53,048 nucleotides of DNA from a virus (IMGVR_UViG_3300042525_000250:1-53048), one strand, 5' to 3'. Shown: positions 17,099 through 27,236, counted from the first letter of the stretch. Translations and numbers: made by a program. The notes: generated by a model from the letters alone, not told the origin.

Positions 17099-18924
17099 AC
17101 CGTATAGTAACACTGGACTTCGAAACTTTTTATGATAGAAACTACAGCTTATCCAAGCTAACCACTGAAGAGTATGTAAACGGTGATGAGTTTGAGGTGA
17201 TTGGTGTAGGCATCAAGGTAGACGATAAGCCTACTATCTTTTACACAGGAACTAAGGAGGAGCTTAAAACGTACCTAGACTTATATGATATACCTAATCA
17301 GATACTGCTGTGCCATAACACATTCTTTGATGCAACGATTCTATCAGAGTATTTTGGTATCACGGCTAAGAGGTACATAGACACCCTGTCTATGGCTCGT
17401 GCAATACATGGCATATCAGTAGGTGGTAGCCTAGCTAAACTAGTAGAGCATTATGGACTAGGGGCGAAGGGTACGGAGGTTGTGAACGCACTGGGTAAAC
17501 ACCTCAAAGACTTTACTGAGGAAGAGCTTGCAAGGTATGGTGAATACTGTGTGAACGATGTGGAGGTTACGTATAAGCTATTCCATGCACTGATGCCGCA
17601 CTTCAACACACAGGAGCTATCGCTAATTGATATCACTATTAAGATGGCAACAAACCCTACGCTAACTATCGACCTGCCTATGCTGGAGTCCTACCTGCAT
17701 GAAGTACGCACAAAGAAGGAAGACTTACTGAGTCGAGTGGTTGCCGATAAGAAAGAGTTGATGAGTAACCCTAAGTTCGCGGCACTGCTTGAGAGCTACG
17801 GGGTTGATGTACCAATGAAAGTATCACCTACTACAGGAAAACTAACGTATGCCTTCGCAAAGACTGATGACGGACTCAAAGACTTACTCGAACATGAGAA
17901 CCCAGATGTGCAGGTACTGGTCGCAACGCGACTTGGTGTTAAGAGTACAATCGAAGAAACACGGACTGAACGCTTTATTGGAATCGCTAAACGAACTAAT
18001 TACTTACCCATACCGCTAAACTATTATGGTGCGGCAACAGGCAGGTGGTCAGCAGGTGGTGGACAAAAAGTAAACTTTCAGAACTTGCCTAGAGATAGCA
18101 CACTTAAGAAGTCTATTGTTGCACCTGATGGTATGGTCGTAGTAGGGGCTGACTTATCTAACATTGAACTACGTGTGGGTCTTTGGGTGTGTGATGAGAT
18201 GGAGGCTCTCAAGTCACTAGGTGATGGTCGGGATTTGTATAAGGAGTTTGCATCCCTTGCGTTTAACGTACCTTATGAGGAGGTAACTAAGGCACAGCGG
18301 TTTATTGGTAAGACATCTCAGCTAGGACTTATCTTTGGTGTCGGTGCGGCGAAGCTACGAGATGCTGTGAAGTCTGGGTCAGGCACTGACTTAGGTGAGA
18401 TGGAAGCGAAGCGCATCGTTGACCTCTACCGCAATACATACACAGGGGTGACAGCGTTTTGGAAAATATGCAGTAGTGCTATTAAGGCAATCGCTGACGA
18501 TGGTACGTTTACATTTGGTCGCAATGGTTTGTATATAGTAGATGGTAAGCGTGGTGTGAAGTTCCCGTCTGGTCTGTATATGCAGTACCCACAGCTTGAG
18601 AATGTGATAGACGAATCGTCTGGCGAGAAGGGTTACAAGTATAAACTGCGCAATGGATATGATAGACTTTACGGCGGTAAGTTAACAAACAATCTGGTGC
18701 AAGGTACGGCACGATGCATCATGTCAGAGGCTATGGTTCGCATAGCTAAGAGGTATCAAATCGCGCTGTCTATTCATGACGCGCTGTATATAGTTGTGCC
18801 AGAGGATGAGGCGCAGGAAGCCTTAGACTTTTTAATTGAAGAGATGTGCAGACCACCAGAGTGGATGCAAGGTATACCGCTAGCGGCTGAGGGCGGCTGG
18901 GGTAGAAGTATAGCTGATTGTTAG
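17095..18924 (+). CDS. polA: Family A DNA polymerase with 3'-5' exonuclease
   Basis: LDFET ExoI, HNTFFD ExoII, YCVNDV ExoIII, TGRWS, NFQN, DLSNIELR motif A, RFIGKTSQLGLIFG motif B, IHD motif C. Confidence 0.96.
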   Translation: MNRIVTLDFETFYDRNYSLSKLTTEEYVNGDEFEVIGVGIKVDDKPTIFYTGTKEELKTYLDLYDIPNQILLCHNTFFDATILSEYFGITAKRYIDTLSMARAIHGISVGGSLAKLVEHYGLGAKGTEVVNALGKHLKDFTEEELARYGEYCVNDVEVTYKLFHALMPHFNTQELSLIDITIKMATNPTLTIDLPMLESYLHEVRTKKEDLLSRVVADKKELMSNPKFAALLESYGVDVPMKVSPTTGKLTYAFAKTDDGLKDLLEHENPDVQVLVATRLGVKSTIEETRTERFIGIAKRTNYLPIPLNYYGAATGRWSAGGGQKVNFQNLPRDSTLKKSIVAPDGMVVVGADLSNIELRVGLWVCDEMEALKSLGDGRDLYKEFASLAFNVPYEEVTKAQRFIGKTSQLGLIFGVGAAKLRDAVKSGSGTDLGEMEAKRIVDLYRNTYTGVTAFWKICSSAIKAIADDGTFTFGRNGLYIVDGKRGVKFPSGLYMQYPQLENVIDESSGEKGYKYKLRNGYDRLYGGKLTNNLVQGTARCIMSEAMVRIAKRYQIALSIHDALYIVVPEDEAQEALDFLIEEMCRPPEWMQGIPLAAEGGWGRSIADC

Positions 18925-19700
18925 GAGAGAAAGATGGATACCGAACAAAACATAATAGAGCAGTGTAGGCACATCATACATCAACTTATTGTTATGGGTA
19001 CTTCAATACCTACGCCACTAGAAGATGAAGAATCCGATTGGGATTTTATTAAATGGTGTAATAAATGTGCCATAGAGAGTTTAGATATGGCAATCACACA
19101 TATAGAACACATGGGAGACGAAGATGACAAAGACTGAAGTGTATAAACGCCTTGAGATGGCGCAGAAGAACAAGAAAGAATTAAAGAAAGTTAAACTTAA
19201 AATCCTCGCAGAGATACAGCAACTCAAGCTGATGCTCAGAGCGATGGAAGAACAAGAGGTGTTAGATGGCTGAGATAACGTATTGGACTGTAATTGGAAT
19301 TACTATGGTCTGTTTTATGATTGAATACACTAAAGGGGATGACGATGACCTTAGATGATTGGGTGGCACTTGTTGCTTATGTAGGATTGATTGGTTTATG
19401 TATGAGGATTATATGGACAAAGTTAAAAAGGTAGAAGCAGTAACTCCTGTGACTAGCGCAGTACACTGTAAGCATGACCATTGGAGAGTGTATCAAAGTC
19501 GTGGGTATCGTGAATGTGACAAGTGCAAAGAACAACGCCCTATTTTTAACGTAGTGAAGCATCAGAGATGAAGACACTAATAAACATACTGAAGTCCCCT
19601 GTATTCCTTATTTGCTGTTTGCTGTACTTAGCAAGTGAGTTGTTACTAGGGCTTAGCATACTGCTAGATTATATTGGGGAATTTTTAGAGGACGTGATAG

Positions 19701-20312
19701 ATGAATAAAATTGAACATAAAATTGTAGGCTACAAAGTAGTTGATAAGACAGAAGAAAAAGTAGTGTTTGAGATGATACACGAGCATTTTCCTCGACCGC
19801 CTCATTTGACAGGTACAACGTATAAGATTAAGACACCGCAGTCTGAGCACGCTTTGTATATTACGATTAACGACATGGTGCTTAACGGTGACGAGCGTCA
19901 TCCCTACGAGATGTTTATTAACAGTAAGAACATGGAGCACTTTCAATGGGTACTTGCATTAACGCGCTTGGTGTCCGCAGTGTGGCGCAAAGGTGGTGAC
20001 TCTACTTTCCTTGTAGAAGAACTCAAGAATGTGTTTGACCCGAAAGGGGGTTATTACAAAAAAGGCGGTGTGTATATGCCATCGCTCGTAGCAGAAATAG
20101 GAACAGTTATCGAGCAACATTTAATAAGCATAGGTGTTATTAAAGTTGAAGTGGATGAGCATCAACAAGCGTACTTAGAAGCTAAGAAAGAAGAAGTAGG
20201 TGAAAAAGGTTTAAAAAATGCTGAGTTATGCACGTCATGTAATACCAAGTCTTTAGTGCTTATGGACGGCTGTGTTACTTGCGTCAGTTGTGGTTTTTCT
20301 AAGTGTAATTAA
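19701..20312 (+). CDS. nrdJb: Class II ribonucleotide reductase C-terminal subunit (TSCPD + Zn ribbon, NrdJb-like)
   Basis: GTTYKIKTP...ALYITIND...PYEMFINSK...ALTRLVSAVWRKGGD...FDPKGGY and terminal CxxC...DGCxxCxxCGxSKC. Confidence 0.85.
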   Translation: MNKIEHKIVGYKVVDKTEEKVVFEMIHEHFPRPPHLTGTTYKIKTPQSEHALYITINDMVLNGDERHPYEMFINSKNMEHFQWVLALTRLVSAVWRKGGDSTFLVEELKNVFDPKGGYYKKGGVYMPSLVAEIGTVIEQHLISIGVIKVEVDEHQQAYLEAKKEEVGEKGLKNAELCTSCNTKSLVLMDGCVTCVSCGFSKCN

Positions 20313-20503
20313 GGTGATTTATGAGAGTAAGACATAGAGGATGTAATGGAGAGGTTTGGTGGCGTTGCACACCTTATTTAAATTTCACTATAGATATGAA
20401 TATGCACTATATATTTAAAAAAGAACGCCCTGATAAAGTCCGTGCGGTACTAAAAAGAATAGGAGCAATCCGATGGTAGAAAATAATATATTGGAGAGAG
20501 AAA

Positions 20504-20947
20504 ATGAAAATTGAAATTAAGAAGTTAACAAAGAATGTAGTTATTCCTGCCTATGAAACTTTGGGTAGTGCGGCAGTAGACTTAAGAGCTAACATCACAA
20601 AACCGATTAAGTTAGATTTAGGTGAGGTTGCGATGATACCGACAGGTATTGCAATAAATATCCATGACGTAGAAGCGGCGGCTCTTATCATGCCTCGTAG
20701 TGGACTTGGACATAACTATGGTATCAAGTTGGGTAACTCGGTTGGTTTAATTGATAGTGACTATCAAGGTGAGCTTAAAGTTAGTATTAAGAACACAGGT
20801 AACGGGCTGTATAAAATATCCCCACAAGACAGGATTGCACAGATGCTTTTTGTTCCAGTAATTCGAGCAGAGTTTGTAGAAGTTGAGGAGTTCAGCACAG
20901 TGACTGAGCGTGGTGCAGGTGGCTTTGGGAGTACAGGTAATGGTTAG
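20504..20947 (+). CDS. dut: Trimeric dUTPase
   Basis: AAVDL, PRSGLG, GLIDSDYQGE, RIAQ and RGAGGFGSTG motifs. Confidence 0.97.
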   Translation: MKIEIKKLTKNVVIPAYETLGSAAVDLRANITKPIKLDLGEVAMIPTGIAINIHDVEAAALIMPRSGLGHNYGIKLGNSVGLIDSDYQGELKVSIKNTGNGLYKISPQDRIAQMLFVPVIRAEFVEVEEFSTVTERGAGGFGSTGNG

Positions 20948-21140
20948 TACAACAGCTTATATTTTAATTATCGCTGTAACAACTCACGGTGAGCTTACAC
21001 AATCAACAATTGAATTTGCAGACAAAACATCATGCGAATCAGCGGCAGTTAAACAGGATTTTGCGTTTAAAAATTTGCAATTTGCAGGTAGATGGAATTT
21101 AACCTGTCATCCTTATCAACTTACTGGAGAGAAGAAATGA
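20940..21140 (+). CDS. Small hypothetical protein
   Basis: Hydrophobic N-terminus and IEFxxxxSCE motif, loosely like 16432-16680. Confidence 0.6.
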   Translation: MVSTTAYILIIAVTTHGELTQSTIEFADKTSCESAAVKQDFAFKNLQFAGRWNLTCHPYQLTGEKK

Positions 21141-21448
21141 AACTAAAAGTTAGTGAGGATGAGCTCTACCCCATATATGATATAGGTGATGGGTTTGGTA
21201 AAGAGGTTGAGGTTAGTGAAGAGTTTCTTAAAGAGTTTACAGAAGTAATGGATAAGTTCTGGATTATGCAAGAGGTATTACGCTTGTTATATGACAGCGT
21301 ACCTGATGAGAAATCTCCTTATACTTTTTGTAATATGCCTGAGTTTACGTGTGATGAGGTTGATGAGGTTGATGAGGTTGATGAAAGAGGCTTACTGATA
21401 TTTAAAGCAAAAGATAGATACAACTTCTCATGGGAGGACAAAATATGA
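21137..21448 (+). CDS. Acidic hypothetical protein with (GATGAGGTT)n repeat
   Basis: DEVDEVDEVDE encoded by a 9-bp tandem repeat. Confidence 0.65.
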   Translation: MKLKVSEDELYPIYDIGDGFGKEVEVSEEFLKEFTEVMDKFWIMQEVLRLLYDSVPDEKSPYTFCNMPEFTCDEVDEVDEVDERGLLIFKAKDRYNFSWEDKI

Positions 21449-22029
21449 AAGTAACCCTAGTGCAAAGCACACCTAACCCAGAGGAACACATCGGATTACT
21501 TGCAGGTATATGCTACGGTAAGACAGGTGAACAATCACCAGAGCAGTGCATCAAACGGGCAGAACACTGCGTGACTAAAGGTCATCTATCTACACTACGC
21601 TTTGCTCATGCGACATTCTTAGTTGCAGACATTAGCCGTATCTGTAGTCACCAGTTTGTTCGCAGTAAGCATTTGGATTTCTTGCAACGTAGTCAGAGGT
21701 ATTGCAATGAAGGTGAAGTAGCAATGGTTATACCCCCATCAATTAAGGGTGAACATAAGACAATAGTTGAAACTGTGTATGCTGAGTTAACTCAAGTCTA
21801 TAAAGATTTAATTGCCGAAGGCGTAAAGAAAGAAGATGCACGATTCATCTTACCACAAGGCACGACAACAGAATTACTGGTAGTCGGTAACTTCCAAGCG
21901 TGGTATGACTTTATTAAACTGCGTAGTGGTAAAGAAGTGCAGTGGGAGATACGCGCAGTGGCACATGAGATTAACCGCCAGCTACATGGTATTGCACCAA
22001 ATATCTTTAAGGAGCTTGAGCATGAATAG
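21445..22029 (+). CDS. thyX: Flavin-dependent thymidylate synthase
   Basis: GHLS, ISRICSHQFVR, SQRY, EDARFILP, GNFQAW, LR and QWEIR motifs. Confidence 0.93.
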   Translation: MKVTLVQSTPNPEEHIGLLAGICYGKTGEQSPEQCIKRAEHCVTKGHLSTLRFAHATFLVADISRICSHQFVRSKHLDFLQRSQRYCNEGEVAMVIPPSIKGEHKTIVETVYAELTQVYKDLIAEGVKKEDARFILPQGTTTELLVVGNFQAWYDFIKLRSGKEVQWEIRAVAHEINRQLHGIAPNIFKELEHE

Positions 22030-22237
22030 GTTATGCGAGGTATGTAACTTAATCAAAGAAGAATCAGCATTTAAAACAGATAGTACAATATGTAAGAGAT
22101 GTGCAGTGGTAGCAGGAGTGCAAGACCATTTGCAAAGACGCAAGCGCAGGGACGTTAGTTCACTAGACAACAAGATGTGTAGAAAGTTTTTACAACAACA
22201 TTTAATAAAGCCGACAGGCTGGGAGCTAACACTATGA
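22022..22237 (+). CDS. Small Zn-finger protein
   Basis: CxxC...CxxC. Confidence 0.6.
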   Translation: MNRLCEVCNLIKEESAFKTDSTICKRCAVVAGVQDHLQRRKRRDVSSLDNKMCRKFLQQHLIKPTGWELTL

Positions 22238-22536
22238 ACGACAAACCTAAAACAATTTACGATGCATACACACAAGGGCAATTATACATGGGTGACTCAG
22301 TACACGAAGCTAAAAAAGAAGACATGGTTAACGAGCCTCCACACTACAAAAATGGTAAAATAGAATGTATTGTTGCGATGGAAGCAATGCTTACGCCCGA
22401 AGAGTTTATTGGGTATCTGCGAGGCAACGCCTTTAAGTATATGTGGCGATACCGAAACAAAGGTAAAGCACATGAAGACTTGCAGAAAGCGCAATGGTAC
22501 CTGTCTAGATTAGTATTTATACATAACGAAAAATAA
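22234..22536 (+). CDS. DUF3310-family protein
   Basis: VNEPPHY...IECI...GNAFKYMWR...KG...EDLQKAQWYL. Confidence 0.9.
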   Translation: MNDKPKTIYDAYTQGQLYMGDSVHEAKKEDMVNEPPHYKNGKIECIVAMEAMLTPEEFIGYLRGNAFKYMWRYRNKGKAHEDLQKAQWYLSRLVFIHNEK

Positions 22537-22537
22537 C

Positions 22538-22756
22538 ATGGCAACAGAAGAAGGAAACACAGACCTCGCGTCACTGCATGAGGAGATGATGCGAGATAAA
22601 CTTATCGCAGTTATTTGCAGAGAAGCTGCACAAATAGATACAACTAACCCCACCGGACTTTGCTGGACGTGCGGTGACTTTATAGGATACAAGAGGAGAT
22701 GGTGTGATAGAGAATGCGCGGATATATTTGAAGCCGAAACTAAGAAAAACCGGTAG
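22538..22756 (+). CDS. DksA/TraR-like Zn-finger protein
   Basis: D-x-A-S N-terminal helix and CWTCG...WCDREC. Confidence 0.55.
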   Translation: MATEEGNTDLASLHEEMMRDKLIAVICREAAQIDTTNPTGLCWTCGDFIGYKRRWCDRECADIFEAETKKNR

Positions 22757-22842
22757 TTTGTGGGTCTGCTACACAGAGTGGAAGTCTATACCCTGTACTG
22801 CTTCAACGCCTCAGAAGGCTTACATAAGATGGGTATGCAAAA

Positions 22843-23532
22843 ATGAGCGTACCTAGTTTTACTTATAGTTCACTGAGTAGGTTTATTACCTGCCCTAAAC
22901 AGTACGAAGCACACCATGTTTTAAAGTACATACCCTTCGCAGATACCTCAGCTACGCTGTATGGAAAAGACTTACATCTTGCGGCTGAGAACTACATAGG
23001 TAAAGGTGAGGCATTACCAGAGCGGTTTATATTTGTTAAGAAGTTCCTTGATACTATCAATAACATCAAAGGCAGAAAGCTTTGCGAGTATAAACTTGCA
23101 GTGGCGAAGGTAGGTACTGAGTATGAGTTCTGTGATTATGAAGCACCTAATAGGTACTGGCGTGGCATTGCAGACCTTGTCATCGTAGACGCAGATGCTA
23201 AGAAAGCGTATATTGTGGATTATAAAACAGGCAAGTCAGCAAAGTATGCAGACACTAAGCAACTAGCACTACTAGCGGCGGCGGTGTTCCTAGAGTTCCC
23301 GTATGTTGAGAATATCAAAGGGATGCTACTATTCGTAGTAGCTAACGAGATGGTAAAAGAAGAATATACATATGAGAATAGATTGGGTATTTTTGATAAA
23401 CTAGCACCTGTATTAGCGCAACGGTCAATAGCCTACGAGACGGGAGTATTTAATCCTATTCCTAACGGGCTATGTCGTCGATGGTGTCAGGCTACACGGT
23501 GCATTCATAACGGTAACTATAAGGAGGGGTAA
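22843..23532 (+). CDS. PD-(D/E)xK (Cas4/RecB-like) exonuclease
   Basis: YSSL..F..CP, G..LH, GIADL, VDYKTG, Q.ALLA and C-terminal C..WC....C. Confidence 0.9.
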   Translation: MSVPSFTYSSLSRFITCPKQYEAHHVLKYIPFADTSATLYGKDLHLAAENYIGKGEALPERFIFVKKFLDTINNIKGRKLCEYKLAVAKVGTEYEFCDYEAPNRYWRGIADLVIVDADAKKAYIVDYKTGKSAKYADTKQLALLAAAVFLEFPYVENIKGMLLFVVANEMVKEEYTYENRLGIFDKLAPVLAQRSIAYETGVFNPIPNGLCRRWCQATRCIHNGNYKEG

Positions 23533-23828
23533 TGCCCTACAAAGATAAGAAAGACAGAAACATTAAACGAGAATATGAATTAGAGAAGACTCGCCCTGGG
23601 GCGCATGAAGCTAGAATGGAGAGACAACGTGCTCGCCGTGCATATGATAAAGCGGGTATTGACCGCACTGGGAAAGACATTGACCATATCAAAGGTGTTA
23701 AAGCGGGTAACGGTAAAGACAACCTACGTCTTAGAGACCCAGAAGTAAATCGTTCGTTTCAACGCAACAGTGACCATACTATGAAGAAGAACGAACCACC
23801 AAAGAAAGCTAAACCTAAGAAGAAATAA
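23532..23828 (+). CDS. HNH endonuclease
   Basis: GKDIDHIK...GNGKDNLR....NRS. Confidence 0.8.
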   Translation: MPYKDKKDRNIKREYELEKTRPGAHEARMERQRARRAYDKAGIDRTGKDIDHIKGVKAGNGKDNLRLRDPEVNRSFQRNSDHTMKKNEPPKKAKPKKK

Positions 23829-23829
23829 T

Positions 23830-24039
23830 ATGGAAGTATCCGTAAAGTCAGTGCAGATTATTGCAACGGAGTCTGGTTTACCTGAGAGTTTAGTAGAGCG
23901 TCACATAGACGCTTTATGTACCATGACTCTTAGAACGCGTATTAGTGAACGGAAGATGTGCCTAAACAAAGTAAGAGCATGGTACTTTAATAGAAGTACG
24001 AATAAGCCTCAGCTATTTGAAGTATTAGAAGATAAATGA
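23830..24039 (+). CDS. Hypothetical protein
   Basis: ORF packed between neighbouring genes. Confidence 0.55.
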   Translation: MEVSVKSVQIIATESGLPESLVERHIDALCTMTLRTRISERKMCLNKVRAWYFNRSTNKPQLFEVLEDK

Positions 24040-24071
24040 TTCGCCCCCTTAAGGGGCTGTATGGAGTGACA

Positions 24072-25628
24072 ATGGAAATACAAGTTATTCAAGATAAGGT
24101 CTTGTCTATCAAGACCACTAACCCCGATGCTATTACAAGCGTCATTACAAAAAGTAAAATTAAAGATATTGATTTTGGTACAGCAGAGGTATGGGTAAAT
24201 TTTGGTTTAGGTGAAGCGCATATCCTAAACAATATAGGTATTAAAAATGTACCCTCACCTATTCGCACACAGTACACATGGACAGGGATGTATAAGCCCT
24301 TTGACCATCAAAGAGTGACAGCAGAGTTTTTAACGCTTAACCGCAGAGCCTTTTGCTTAAATGAAATGGGTACGGGTAAAACTAACTCAGTTATCTGGGC
24401 GGCTGACTATTTAATGAAACTCAGTGTAATACGCCGTGTGCTTGTGGTTTGCCCTCTATCTATTATGGATGCGGCATGGCGTAAGGATTTGTTTAAGACA
24501 GCTATGCATCGGTCAGTTGAGATTGCACATGGTAGTAGGGTAAAACGTGCTGAGATTATTAAAAGCACTGCGGAGATAGTTATTATTAACTTCGATGGTG
24601 TTGAGATTGTAGAGAAAGAGATTGCTGAAGGTGGGTTTGATTTGATTGTAGTAGACGAAGCTACGCATTTAAAAAACGTCTCGACTCGTAGATGGAAGAC
24701 GATGAACCGCTTAGTCACTGCAGACACATGGCTCTGGATGTTAACGGGTACACCTGCAGCGCAGTCACCAGTGGATGCGTATGGACTAATTAAACTAGTT
24801 AACCCCAAGCAAACACCTAGAGCGTTTAATGCGTTTCGAGATATGGTGCAGATACGCACCTCGCAGTTTACGTTTAAGAACCGGCCCGATGCAGAGCAGA
24901 TAGTACACAGCTTTATGCAACCTGCAATACGGTTTACTAAAGAAGAATGTCTAGACTTGCCAGAGCTAACATATCAGACAAGAGATGTGCCTCTATCCCC
25001 ACAACAAGAGAAGTACTACAGACTTCTCAAAAAAGAAATGCTCATGCAGGCTGGGGGAGAAGAGATAACTGCGGCTAATGCGGCAGTGGCTTTGAATAAA
25101 TTACTTCAGCTTTCATCTGGGGCGGTGTATTCGGATACTGGAGAAGTGATTGAGTTTGATGTGAAATCTCGTGCGGCAGAGCTATTAGATATTGTAGCTG
25201 AGACATCTCACAAGACGATTGTGTTCGTGCAGTTTAAACACACCATAGAGATAGTAGAAAGGATATTACTAGATGTAGGCTACAGTGTAGGCGTTATTCA
25301 TGGCGGTATAAATGCAAACAGACGCTCTGAGTTATTTAATGCATTCCAAACTTTGCCCAATCCACAGGTTCTAGTTATTCAGCCGCAAGCGGCGGCGCAT
25401 GGGGTAACTTTGCACGCGGCTAATACAATCGTGTGGTGGGGCGTCACGCTTTCACTGGAAACTTATAAGCAAGCTAATGCGCGTATCCATCGTGCAGGGC
25501 AAGTAAACAGATGTAGCGTGGTGCATCTTGTAGGCTCACCCGTAGAGAAGAAAGTCTTAAACGTACTAGAAGATAAAGGTGCGGCTCAGACTAAGTTGTT
25601 AGATTTATACAAAGATGTTATTAGTTGA
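24072..25628 (+). CDS. SNF2-like superfamily 2 helicase
   Basis: EMGTGKT, VVDEA, LTGTP, HGVTL and QANARIHRAGQ motifs. Confidence 0.95.
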   Translation: MEIQVIQDKVLSIKTTNPDAITSVITKSKIKDIDFGTAEVWVNFGLGEAHILNNIGIKNVPSPIRTQYTWTGMYKPFDHQRVTAEFLTLNRRAFCLNEMGTGKTNSVIWAADYLMKLSVIRRVLVVCPLSIMDAAWRKDLFKTAMHRSVEIAHGSRVKRAEIIKSTAEIVIINFDGVEIVEKEIAEGGFDLIVVDEATHLKNVSTRRWKTMNRLVTADTWLWMLTGTPAAQSPVDAYGLIKLVNPKQTPRAFNAFRDMVQIRTSQFTFKNRPDAEQIVHSFMQPAIRFTKEECLDLPELTYQTRDVPLSPQQEKYYRLLKKEMLMQAGGEEITAANAAVALNKLLQLSSGAVYSDTGEVIEFDVKSRAAELLDIVAETSHKTIVFVQFKHTIEIVERILLDVGYSVGVIHGGINANRRSELFNAFQTLPNPQVLVIQPQAAAHGVTLHAANTIVWWGVTLSLETYKQANARIHRAGQVNRCSVVHLVGSPVEKKVLNVLEDKGAAQTKLLDLYKDVIS

Positions 25629-25653
25629 CATGGGACAGTAGGTACTGTATAAT
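25625..25653 (+). promoter_or_regulatory. Consensus sigma70 promoter
   Basis: TTGACA-17 bp-TATAAT; the spacer holds the inverted repeat ACAGTA-GG-TACTGT. Confidence 0.9.
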
Positions 25654-25687
25654 ATAATCTCCTTCAAAGAGATATAGAGGAAAACAC

Positions 25688-26080
25688 ATGAGCACAGTAA
25701 ACGTAGAACAACTCGTTAAGGCATACATAAAGATGCGCGATGCGAGGCAACAATTGTTGCGAGAGTTTGATGAAGCAGACGCTAAGATAAAACAGCAACA
25801 AGATGTAGTACAACAAGCTCTACTTGAGCTTTGTAAGGAGACAGGGACAGATGGGCTTAAGACCTCAGCAGGTACAGTGACACGGACGGTTAAAACCAGA
25901 TACTGGACAAGCGATTGGAACAGTATGAAAAATTTTATTAAAGAGAACGATGCGTTTGAGTTACTTGAGCAACGAGTGCATCAAACAAATATGAAATCTT
26001 TTTTAGAAGAAAACCCAAACCTCATGCCCCCAGGCATGAATATTGATAGCAGATACGCTATAACAGTAAGAAGGAAATGA
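25688..26080 (+). CDS. Conserved phage replication-region protein
   Basis: Coiled coil followed by KTSAGTV...DW..F.....LL..R; GAGG RBS. Confidence 0.75.
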   Translation: MSTVNVEQLVKAYIKMRDARQQLLREFDEADAKIKQQQDVVQQALLELCKETGTDGLKTSAGTVTRTVKTRYWTSDWNSMKNFIKENDAFELLEQRVHQTNMKSFLEENPNLMPPGMNIDSRYAITVRRK

Positions 26081-26081
26081 T

Positions 26082-26309
26082 ATGCAATCCAAAGAAGATG
26101 AAGATGTCTATTTGACAACTGACCAAGTTATGAAGATACTAGGTCTCTCCAGACAGTCTATCTCTAGACTAAGACTCACAAACGTGCTGACTACTTACCG
26201 TCAAGGTACGAAGTATCTATCCAGTGCAAGAGAAGTCGAAGACTTACTAACACAAAGAACCACAATAGTTAAAATCAATAAACCACAAGAGGAAAATAAC
26301 AATGGCTAA
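26082..26309 (+). CDS. Excisionase-like winged-HTH protein
   Basis: YLTTDQVMKILGLSRQSISRL. Confidence 0.75.
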   Translation: MQSKEDEDVYLTTDQVMKILGLSRQSISRLRLTNVLTTYRQGTKYLSSAREVEDLLTQRTTIVKINKPQEENNNG

Positions 26310-27171
26310 CGAAATGAGCTTATTCACAACAGGCGCAGTAATTCCAGCACACTTTGCAAAAAGAGAACTAAGTGCAACTACTAAAGCACTTATGGGCGGT
26401 GCATCCGATGCTCGCCGCATCTCAGTAAAAGGTAACATCTTCCGCTTAACTGTTGGTGGTCAAGAGGTCGCTAAGAATGAAGACCGTGCAATGAACATTA
26501 TCATTGCGGCGGCAGCTCCTAATACATCTCGCCAATACTATAGTGGCTCTTATCAAGAAGGTGTAATAGCCGCACCCGACTGCTGGAGTTCAGATGGTGA
26601 AATGCCTAATGCATCTATTAAAGAACCAAAACACACAAACTGCAAAGCGTGTCCTATGAACGTAGCAGGGTCTGGTCAAGGCACGAGTAGAGCTTGCCGT
26701 TTTAATCATCGTCTGGCGGTTTTACTTGAGAATGATATGCACGGTGATGTATATGAACTATCTCTTGCGGCTACATCTATCTTCGGTAAAGGTGAGAACG
26801 GTAAGATGCCTCTATTCCAGTATGCCAAGCAGTTAGCTGGTCATGGTATGAACGTCACTGACGTAGTAACAGAGCTTAGATTTGATACAGACTTTGCTAC
26901 ACCTAAGATGATATTCCGTGCGGTGCGCCCACTTGAGTTAGCTGAGATTGATGTTGTACTTAATAAAGGGTCTTCCGTTGAGGCTATTCAAGCTATCACT
27001 ACCAGCTACTCAGCTCCAGTAAAAGAAGATACTGCACCTAGTGGGTTTATACCGACTGCAATTGAAGCTCCTGTGTCTACAGACGAGCCTATTGTAAGAG
27101 AGAAAAAAGCAGCAACTAAACCTGCTAACTCAACTGATTTAGAAAGTACCTTAGCTGAATGGGCTGACTAA
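26302..27171 (+). CDS. Probable ssDNA-binding/annealing protein
   Basis: RISVKG..F, PDCWS.DG, CxxCP.N..GS..G..RAC motifs and an acidic C-terminal tail. Confidence 0.65.
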   Translation: MANEMSLFTTGAVIPAHFAKRELSATTKALMGGASDARRISVKGNIFRLTVGGQEVAKNEDRAMNIIIAAAAPNTSRQYYSGSYQEGVIAAPDCWSSDGEMPNASIKEPKHTNCKACPMNVAGSGQGTSRACRFNHRLAVLLENDMHGDVYELSLAATSIFGKGENGKMPLFQYAKQLAGHGMNVTDVVTELRFDTDFATPKMIFRAVRPLELAEIDVVLNKGSSVEAIQAITTSYSAPVKEDTAPSGFIPTAIEAPVSTDEPIVREKKAATKPANSTDLESTLAEWAD

Positions 27172-27186
27172 ACACTTCCCCATTAG

Positions 27187-27214
27187 AAGGGGCGGTACTA
27201 TCCGCCCCTTTTTT
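27187..27214 (+). terminator. Rho-independent terminator
   Basis: AAGGGGCGG-tactat-CCGCCCCTT followed by a T tract. Confidence 0.9.
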
Positions 27215-27236
27215 GTCTTTATTTTTAGGTGTAATC

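Noticed and set aside
22843-23532. Cas4 as part of a CRISPR system
   Set aside because: Stand-alone PD-(D/E)xK nucleases are routine in phage replication modules; no array or other cas genes.
26082-26309. Excisionase implying an integrated prophage
   Set aside because: No integrase, repressor, att site or host genes are visible; such HTH genes are common in replication modules.
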